From Candidatus Latescibacterota bacterium (GTDB taxonomy: Bacteria > Latescibacterota > UBA2968), in assembly GCA_965222605.1 (NCBI GenBank), contig OZ244960.1:3648001-3712000 (forward strand): a stretch of DNA of 64,000 bases, read 5' to 3'. Positions 1 to 6,192 of the stretch are shown here, piece by piece (position 1 is the first letter of the stretch; every line of letters starts with the position of its first letter). Both the position numbers and the translations under genes were made by a program. Under the pieces are notes generated by a model. The model was not told the DNA's origin, did no database searches, and saw nothing but the letters and a program-made list of their open reading frames with translations.

Positions 1-177
1 CTTAAAGACGTGAAAGGTTTAACGGACGAGATGCTCGAAAAAACAATAGGGGCCGAAAATACTCTTTTGCCCGATGGTCTGTCTCGGCCTGCAAGCTGGG
101 GAAGTCGGGAGGATGCGATTAAAAAATGGGAGACTTTTCTGAAAGGAAAATGGCAGGCTATTTGGGAGGGAGAATAG
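1..177 (+). CDS. 3' end of a probable pentapeptide-repeat protein (partial, runs off the window edge)
   Basis: Frame 1 reads LKDVKGLTDEMLEKTIGAENTLLPDGLSRPASW...WEGE* (TAG 175-177). This resembles the C-terminal cap (kGLTxeqL..a.gd..T.LP.gL.RP..W) common in pentapeptide-repeat proteins. Confidence 0.55.
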   Translation, partial: LKDVKGLTDEMLEKTIGAENTLLPDGLSRPASWGSREDAIKKWETFLKGKWQAIWEGE

Positions 178-231
178 CGCAGGTTCCGCCAGTCTATGGG
201 CACCATCTATGATGATTGATGACCGCAAGTT

Positions 232-267
232 AAAAAAAGGAGACATGGATTAAATCCGTGTCTCCTT
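232..267. terminator. Hairpin / intrinsic terminator (GGAGAYAC family, copy 1)
   Basis: AAGGAGACATGGAT-TAA-ATCCGTGTCTCCTT, preceded by an A7 run (U-tract on the minus strand). Confidence 0.7.
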
Positions 268-284
268 GAGTTCTAAAAAATAGG

Positions 285-311
285 TTGACGTCATTGTTTA
301 TATAGAATAAT
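285..311 (+). promoter_or_regulatory. Putative sigma70 promoter
   Basis: TTGACG (285-290) and AATAAT (306-311) in an AT-rich context; the 15-bp spacer is short. Confidence 0.45.
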
Positions 312-317
312 TTGTTC

Positions 318-412
318 AGTAACAGGACCCATCGAACCGTCGCCCGTATAGGGAATTAACGTGTGTTCGATTGTTTTTATCCCAGGGACGCCAGGTGCGT
401 CCCTGTTTTTTT
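318..412 (+). ncRNA. Candidate small structured RNA ending in an intrinsic terminator, directly upstream of an NYN nuclease start
   Basis: Stem ATCGAAC(331-337)/GTTCGAT(365-371) encloses CGT/ACG and CCC-GTATA-GGG. It is followed by CAGGGACGC-caggt-GCGTCCCTG-T7 (383-412), which abuts RBS GGAG and ATG 422. Confidence 0.5.
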
Positions 413-421
413 GGAGATACT

Positions 422-556
422 ATGTCAGAAGACAGTTTAGCCACCCCTCAACGCTACAGAGTAAGGATATTTGTGGACTTTTGGAACTTCATTCTTTTAA
501 ACGCTGGGCTTATCAATCGCGGCCAACGCCGTAGAGAGAACGCAAAATCGGGTTGA
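422..556 (+). pseudogene. Truncated NYN/LabA-DUF88 (PIN-fold) nuclease, N-terminal fragment only
   Basis: MSEDSLATPQRYRVRIFVDFWNF matches the first strand and D-x-x-N motif of NYN domains. The ORF ends after 44 aa in unrelated sequence. Confidence 0.6.
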
Positions 557-582
557 CACTACTGGGTGTATTGGGATATATT
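553..582 (+). promoter_or_regulatory. Putative sigma70 promoter
   Basis: TTGACA (553-558), 18 bp, TATATT (577-582). Confidence 0.6.
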
Positions 583-654
583 TTTTAGCACAGGACGACA
601 CCTGACAAGTTGTGATTACAGATATTTCTATGTTAGGATAAAACAAAATAAACT

Positions 655-804
655 ATGGCTACGAATCCGGTTGCAAACGCGAGACTGCCCGCCAAGATGA
701 CGCCGCTTTGGGTCATTTCTCTCTTCTTGTCTCTCACCGAAGTTATTGCGGGAATCGCCGCCACTCAGACGACGGGCAATCTCCAGGCTGCATTCGTATG
801 GTGA
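655..804 (+). pseudogene. 49-aa hydrophobic ORF, probably a truncated membrane-protein N-terminus
   Basis: MATNPVANARLPAKMTPLWVISLFLSLTEVIAGIAATQTTGNLQAAFVW*. It lies downstream of the 553-582 promoter and stops where a second hydrophobic segment appears to begin, 3 nt before the TIR ATG. Confidence 0.45.
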
Positions 805-807
805 CGC

Positions 808-1128
808 ATGATATTCATCTGTTACTCCTGGCGTGACGCCGAAGTTGTCCATTATGTGACAAAGCAATTGTCAGGTATGGGCCGCGATGTGTGGATTGAT
901 TCCGAGCATCTCAATCTGGATGCACCTATGGATGATCAAATTCGCCAGGCTCTTCGCAAATCTTCGAGCGTACTTCTTTTTGATTCGCCAAATTCTCGGA
1001 GTTCAGAATGGGTCAAACGTGAGTTAGCCTGGGCTAAAGGCGCGGGAATAGATATTGTGAATTGGCCGATTGAGAATGCCGAGGAACGACTTAAATGGCC
1101 TAACCAGGCACTGCAAGCGCCGATTTAA
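808..1128 (+). CDS. Stand-alone TIR domain protein (TIR_2-like)
   Basis: IFICYSWRD, VWID, IRQALRKS, SPNSRSSEWVKREL with the conserved catalytic Glu. Confidence 0.85.
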   Translation: MIFICYSWRDAEVVHYVTKQLSGMGRDVWIDSEHLNLDAPMDDQIRQALRKSSSVLLFDSPNSRSSEWVKRELAWAKGAGIDIVNWPIENAEERLKWPNQALQAPI

Positions 1129-1167
1129 TAAGGCATTGGATATGGCGAAGGTTGCCATAAAAAAACT

Positions 1168-1200
1168 AAAAAAGGAGATACTGGCCGGTGTCTCCTTTCT
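1168..1200. terminator. Bidirectional hairpin terminator (GGAGAYAC family, copy 2)
   Basis: AAAGGAGATAC-tggccg-GTGTCTCCTTT between convergent genes. Confidence 0.7.
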
Positions 1201-1261
1201 ACATTTCATCTTCTCTTTCAGTGCATGTCCTTGGGCTTTTGGCACGCACATCTGGACGCGA

Positions 1262-1558
1262 TTAGTCTCCGTTGCTGCGCTTGCCAAACATGTAGCCCAA
1301 TATTAGTGTCACCAGGGGGACGATAATTTCCCAGTACTCTTTTGGAGTCACGCTAAGCGTATTGGGATCTTCATAGGGTAGCAATATCATTACGATCCCG
1401 GATAGCAATAGTACAATGAGCACAAGCCCTGAGACATTGGATGGGGCGTTTGCTTTGTTGCCAAAAAATTTGCCCAACCAACCCGATTCAAGTTCCATTT
1501 TCTTAGCGACGAGTACAATAGAGGGATCTTGGTCGTTGAATTGTCTTTGTTCGGACAT
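1262..1558 (-). CDS. Small two-TM membrane protein
   Basis: 98 aa with two hydrophobic helices (VSGLVLIVLLLSGIVMILL; IIVPLVTLILGYMFG). Its start overlaps the upstream stop (TAATG). Confidence 0.75.
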   Translation of the reverse strand: MSEQRQFNDQDPSIVLVAKKMELESGWLGKFFGNKANAPSNVSGLVLIVLLLSGIVMILLPYEDPNTLSVTPKEYWEIIVPLVTLILGYMFGKRSNGD

Positions 1559-1797
1559 TAGACATCCTCATCAGGGAAAAGGCCAAGAGGTCCGAGCGCG
1601 TGTTGGGTTATGTATCCGCAGTTCCGACACGCGATAATCGCGATGGGGACGTAACCTCCATTATTCTTCCGATTATCGCCTACAGGGATTTCTGATTCGC
1701 CAGCAAAGGTGAACTTGGAATTACCGCACATTGGGCAGGGTTCATCAACTCCTCGGTCTTTAAGCCCTTTTAAGATTTGCTTTTTTCTTGGAGTCAT
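1558..1797 (-). CDS. Small zinc-ribbon protein
   Basis: CPMCG...CRNCG, RBS AAGGA, and its own promoter upstream. Confidence 0.8.
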   Translation of the reverse strand: MTPRKKQILKGLKDRGVDEPCPMCGNSKFTFAGESEIPVGDNRKNNGGYVPIAIIACRNCGYITQHALGPLGLFPDEDV

Positions 1798-1851
1798 CGC
1801 CTATCCTTTCCATTGAGCATTATGAATGTGATACAAATGACAACTAACCAA

Positions 1852-1880
1852 ATTATGGCGGATTTCGCCCAAGATGTCAA
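1852..1880 (-). promoter_or_regulatory. Sigma70 promoter for the Zn-ribbon/TM pair
   Basis: Minus strand TTGACA, 17 bp, CATAAT. Confidence 0.75.
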
Positions 1881-1886
1881 CAGGTG

Positions 1887-1925
1887 AAAAAAATAAGAGA
1901 TACCAAGCGGTATCTCCTTTTTTTT
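1887..1925. terminator. Bidirectional terminator (GGAGAYAC family, copy 3)
   Basis: A-run, GAGATACC-aagc-GGTATCTC, T-run; lies just after the aldolase stop. Confidence 0.75.
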
Positions 1926-1938
1926 GTACGATGGTAGA

Positions 1939-2700
1939 TCAGGTGCGGATTTCTCGAAGGATATGGCGGCAGCCGTAGAGGTAGATGCCCGTGTCAACAG
2001 AGAGCGAGATGTAGCCCACGCCCGCGTCGATCCAGCGGTTGGCGGCTTCGGGGGAGTCGGCAAATGTGCCGACGGTGAGTCCGGCGTCGTTGATTAAGTT
2101 TGCGGCTTCGCGCATTCGGTCAACCACGCGCGGGTCGTTGACCTGGCCGGGGATGCCGAGAGATTGCGAGAGGTCATAAGGTCCCAGGAAGATAACGTCG
2201 AGGCCTGGAACTGAGATGATTTCTTCGAGGTTTTCAAGACCTTCTACGCCTTCGATGTGGATGAGTATCATCGATGAGGCATTGAGGCGTTCAAAGATGG
2301 CGCCACCATCTGCAAAATAACGGGCTGCTCGGGTATAGGGTGAGACACCCCGCATGCCCAGCGGTGAATATTTGGCTGCCCGCACGACGGCTTCGGCATC
2401 GGCTTTGTTGCAGATTTGCGGCACCTGTACGCCGCCAGCCCCTATGTCGAGGGCGCGCAGGATCTGTGCGGGGTCATTTTCTCGAACTCTGACAATAGGC
2501 GTGATATCGACTCCGTGAGCAACGCGGCAGAGGTCTTCGCAGGTGGGAATGTCGAGCGGCCCGTGTTCGGTATCGAGGATGACAAAGTCAAATCCGCTGT
2601 ATGCCGCGATCTCGATGAGTGCGCCAGAGCTGATATTGACGAAAGGTCCGATGGCAACGTCGCCGTTGGAGAGTTTGTCTTTGAGCAGGTTGTCGGCCAT
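1939..2700 (-). CDS. HpcH/HpaI aldolase/citrate lyase family protein
   Basis: GFDFVILDTEHGP, RALDIGAGGVQVPQI, IFLGPYDLSQSLG. Confidence 0.92.
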   Translation of the reverse strand: MADNLLKDKLSNGDVAIGPFVNISSGALIEIAAYSGFDFVILDTEHGPLDIPTCEDLCRVAHGVDITPIVRVRENDPAQILRALDIGAGGVQVPQICNKADAEAVVRAAKYSPLGMRGVSPYTRAARYFADGGAIFERLNASSMILIHIEGVEGLENLEEIISVPGLDVIFLGPYDLSQSLGIPGQVNDPRVVDRMREAANLINDAGLTVGTFADSPEAANRWIDAGVGYISLSVDTGIYLYGCRHILREIRT

Positions 2701-2741
2701 ATTAGAACTCCTGTTAAAATAAAGAATTTGAACGGTAAAAC

Positions 2742-4031
2742 TTACACGCCTGTAAAAGACCTATCATTCGTGTTTTCGCACCATGCACGCAGGCGGCGGC
2801 GATGATCGTCGAGTTCATTTTTGAAGCATGTGTTGACGGCGAGGTTGACCATTTCGCCGGGGTCGTCCTGAAGATCGACCAGTTGTTCGCGGTGGCGGCC
2901 CATGGGAAAGGCGCTGTATTTGTAGCGGTCGGTGAGTACGGCGCGCGAAGCACCGCTACCGCCTGGACCAGAACCGAGGTCGATGATGGTTTCAACGACG
3001 AGATCGTCGCGCCATTCGCCGGATGTGTTGCCCTCTGCGAGAGACCGCAGGCTCAGACCGTCGAGGCCGTCGGGAATGCTCGCACCGCCTACGTCGCACA
3101 CTGTGGGCAGCAGGTCGAGGCCGAGGGATACGAGGTGCGTGTTGTTGACGCCGCCGGGTTGTGTGACGCCCTTGTGGCTGATGATGAATGGGATGTTGAT
3201 GACTTCTTCGTAGAGGCTGGTTTTTTGATTCCAATTGTGTGCGCCGTGTCCGTCGCCGTGATCTGAGGTGAAGATGATATATGTGTTTTCTTCGAGGCCC
3301 AGGTTGCGTAAGCCGTTGAGGAGGACGCCGATTTCGGCATCGACTTTTTCGCACAGGCGGTAATAGAGGAAGCGGAGGCGTCGCCAGTCGTCTTCGGTGT
3401 ATTCGATGGTGGGATAGACGCGGCGGTTGGCCTGTCGCAGCATTTGCAAGATGTCGGGTGAATAGGGTGGGATGGCGAAGTTTGCGGGCAGGTTCGGACA
3501 TTCTTCTACAGTTGCGGGTTCTGGCACAGGACCTTGTGGGAGAGGCTGACTGCGGGCGACCTGGCAGATGTCGTGGGGATTGAGGAATGACGCGATGAGG
3601 AAGAAGGGGTTGTCGCGGTCGCGTTTCATAAATTCGATGGCGCGAAGGGGCACTTCGTCATCGCGGTTGCCGCAGATGACTTCGAGGCCGCTTTCTTCAG
3701 GTGTGGTGCCTGGGACGTGCCATTTGCCCGAGAGGGCACAATCGTAGTCCGCGTTTTTGAGAAAGTTGCCGAGGGTTTGGCCTTTGTATTCGGCTTTTAT
3801 TGGGGTGCCGTTGCTCGTCGCGCCGTTTTGATGGGGGTAGAGGCCCGTCATATAGCTGGCGCGCTGAGGACCGCACAGGGGATGCGTGCAATAGGCGCGG
3901 GTGAAGCGCACGCCGGTTTGGGCGAGGCTGTCCATATTTGGGGTATGCACGTCGGGGTTGCCCGCACAGGACATGGCCCCGGCGTATTGCTGATCGGTGA
4001 TGATGAAGAGGATATTGGGACGATCTGGCAT
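2742..4031 (-). CDS. Formylglycine-dependent sulfatase
   Basis: PNILFIITDQ, CGPQRAS (CxPxR), GKWH, FTSDHG. Confidence 0.93.
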   Translation of the reverse strand: MPDRPNILFIITDQQYAGAMSCAGNPDVHTPNMDSLAQTGVRFTRAYCTHPLCGPQRASYMTGLYPHQNGATSNGTPIKAEYKGQTLGNFLKNADYDCALSGKWHVPGTTPEESGLEVICGNRDDEVPLRAIEFMKRDRDNPFFLIASFLNPHDICQVARSQPLPQGPVPEPATVEECPNLPANFAIPPYSPDILQMLRQANRRVYPTIEYTEDDWRRLRFLYYRLCEKVDAEIGVLLNGLRNLGLEENTYIIFTSDHGDGHGAHNWNQKTSLYEEVINIPFIISHKGVTQPGGVNNTHLVSLGLDLLPTVCDVGGASIPDGLDGLSLRSLAEGNTSGEWRDDLVVETIIDLGSGPGGSGASRAVLTDRYKYSAFPMGRHREQLVDLQDDPGEMVNLAVNTCFKNELDDHRRRLRAWCENTNDRSFTGV

Positions 4032-4090
4032 GAGATATCCTTTTTTGAAAGCGAGCCGTAGCTCGATGGTTTAAGTTGATCGCGTGTTTT

Positions 4091-4564
4091 TTAGGCTTGC
4101 ATTATTTCGACATGTTCCGCCAAATTTCTCTCGATAGCTTCTGATTTTGCAAATGAAAGAAATCTGGCTTCGTCTCTGAGTTGGGCGATAGGTATTTTCC
4201 GCTGGCCTAATTTTTGTCCAAAGAGTTTGAACCAGAACCATTTTTTCAGAACCAATCCCATGACATTTTTGGGGACTTTACCTGTGGTCCGCCATTTGGT
4301 TAGTGTGCTTCGATGAATGCCCAGATAATCTGCGATTTCTGAAAATGAGGTTTGAGTAATGTCGCACAAGAACTCCAGTTCTTCTTTGGTCAAGCCTTCT
4401 TCATTGCCACAGATTTCGTTGGCAATTGCGTAGTGAATGCGGTTGATCTCCGATTCGAGGATGGCGATTGTTCCGTCTGGCAATTCAGACAGATGAAACT
4501 CCGGGATGACCCAGGTCCGCCCAGCCGCTTGATAAGGGTATTTTTTTTTAATGAACGTTTTCAT
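4091..4564 (-). CDS. HTH antitoxin-like protein (MqsA/HigA-type, Cys-free N-domain)
   Basis: Start MKTFIKK with RBS GGAGA overlaps the upstream gene. Xre-type HTH SFSEIADYLGIHRSTLTKW. Confidence 0.75.
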   Translation of the reverse strand: MKTFIKKKYPYQAAGRTWVIPEFHLSELPDGTIAILESEINRIHYAIANEICGNEEGLTKEELEFLCDITQTSFSEIADYLGIHRSTLTKWRTTGKVPKNVMGLVLKKWFWFKLFGQKLGQRKIPIAQLRDEARFLSFAKSEAIERNLAEHVEIMQA

Positions 4565-4922
4565 CGTTGTCTCCATAGAAATCTTCTGATTTTGCAAAGG
4601 CAAGGGCGGATTCAAAAGAACGAAATCCGGGAGATTTTTCAGTTCCATCATAGAAGCAAAAAAGGACTGCGTAGAGTAGTTCGTTATCCTTGAAATAGAC
4701 GCGAAAGCAACTGTAGTATCCTGTACCTCTGCCGTGTTCTGACGGAGTCCAGACAGCAATCTCAAGCGTTCGTTCTTTTTCTTCGCGTTTTCCCAAATAT
4801 GTTCCGCGATTTACAATGTGTCGCAATTTACTTCGTGCGCGAGAATATCGAGGTGTTTCAGGCTGGTGTTCAACCGCGAGTTGATGAGGTAAAAGGTTGC
4901 GAATTTGTTCTAACCAATTCAT
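4548..4922 (-). CDS. Hypothetical protein, putative toxin of a type II TA-like pair
   Basis: 124 aa, overlaps the start of the HTH gene, and has palindromes immediately upstream. No family recognised. Confidence 0.6.
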   Translation of the reverse strand: MNWLEQIRNLLPHQLAVEHQPETPRYSRARSKLRHIVNRGTYLGKREEKERTLEIAVWTPSEHGRGTGYYSCFRVYFKDNELLYAVLFCFYDGTEKSPGFRSFESALAFAKSEDFYGDNDENVH

Positions 4923-4932
4923 TGTGCATATA

Positions 4933-4955
4933 TCAACATGTTGAATATATCAACA
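4933..4955. promoter_or_regulatory. Overlapping palindromic operator candidates
   Basis: Perfect TCAACATGTTGA (4933-4944) and TGTTGA-N5-TCAACA (4939-4955), 11-33 bp upstream of the TA-like pair. Confidence 0.6.
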
Positions 4956-5012
4956 AAAAGCAATGTAAATTTTGATTCTATTCCAGTAATATTGATATGG
5001 GGAATTTTTTTG

Positions 5013-6173
5013 CTATGAGTCTGTGGTGCCAAAAATGCTAACAAAGATGAGAAAATCGACAAAGTTAATAACACCATCGTCGTTTATATCCATACGGGCA
5101 TCGTAATTAGCATCTGATGACGATAATCCAAAAACGCCGGTAAAGGCGAGAAAATCGGCAAAGTCAACGTCGAGGTCGCCATCGAAATCGCCGGAAATGA
5201 TAGTAACAGTGATCACGGCGTTGGACACATCCAATAAGCTCTGTGGCCCACTGAGACCGGCCATGGAAGCGGTTTTGACAATGAGCGTTGTCTCTGATTC
5301 AAGGGTATTGGTCACTTGCAACTCAATCTGGCCGAGATAACCATTAGTGGGCACAGCAGGGGTAGAGATGAGCAACGCGGATAGAACAGGACGGGCCGGT
5401 GTTTGGCGCAGGGATGCGCCTGTAAAACTCGTGCCCGATATGCTACCGATGTAGTCGGAAAATGTCTTGCCGGGCAGGTCGAGTTCTATTGCGTAACCAT
5501 AAGTTTGTTTGTCTGCGGCCATTGGAACAAAAAGTTGAAATTGTATTGTATCGCCAGCTGCTTGTTCGGGGATGATCAGCCTGTTGTTCTGTACAGCGGG
5601 CGTTTCAATTTGCGTGTCGAGGTGGAGTTGCATGCCGTCAAATTCGCCGGTTACTGGCTCATTAAACGATATGATATTTGTCGTTGTGATTTCGTCGATC
5701 AATGCGACGCTTTGAGCAAGTGTAACCATCTTAATGCCAAAGGTAAACTGCTTATCTGTTACATCTACTGCAGTGGTAAACTCAGCGCGTGCCAGAAAAC
5801 CAGACTCGGGCAGGGTGACAGGGGTAGCAGATGCGAAGTTTGTGCCAGTTGAGTCTGGTTCTGGAACAACAAAGGCAAACGCACTGTTCTCGGCTTTGAC
5901 ATAGGTCAAAATAGCGGGATCAAAGTCAAATGTGATTACCACACCGACGAGGGGTGTGGTCACACTTTTTGCGAAAACTTCAATGGCAATTTTTGTGCCC
6001 TGTCCAGAGACTGTGCCTGAAGTAACGCCATCATCTGTCTGATTGCCCGCTCCGCCATCGGGAATAAGATCAAGCAATAGCATAGCATTTGCATTGGGAC
6101 CAGCAGAGGCTTGACCTGCAAATGTTAGCAATGCAAGGGCGATAATAAATGGCAATCTTTTTTTGAAAAACAT
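5013..6173 (-). CDS. Secreted protein with cohesin-like beta domains and a C-terminal dockerin-like EF-hand tail
   Basis: Start MFFKKRLPF with RBS AGGAAGGAG and a signal peptide ending ASA. Contains ITFDFDPAILTY and the tail GDFDGDLDVDFADFLAF...DINDDGVINFVDFLIF. Confidence 0.75.
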   Translation of the reverse strand: MFFKKRLPFIIALALLTFAGQASAGPNANAMLLLDLIPDGGAGNQTDDGVTSGTVSGQGTKIAIEVFAKSVTTPLVGVVITFDFDPAILTYVKAENSAFAFVVPEPDSTGTNFASATPVTLPESGFLARAEFTTAVDVTDKQFTFGIKMVTLAQSVALIDEITTTNIISFNEPVTGEFDGMQLHLDTQIETPAVQNNRLIIPEQAAGDTIQFQLFVPMAADKQTYGYAIELDLPGKTFSDYIGSISGTSFTGASLRQTPARPVLSALLISTPAVPTNGYLGQIELQVTNTLESETTLIVKTASMAGLSGPQSLLDVSNAVITVTIISGDFDGDLDVDFADFLAFTGVFGLSSSDANYDARMDINDDGVINFVDFLIFVSIFGTTDS

Positions 6174-6192
6174 TTGCAACACTCCTTCCTGA

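Noticed and set aside
600-1160. Functional integron
   Set aside because: No integrase, only one half attC-like arm, and no matching GTTRRRY partner.
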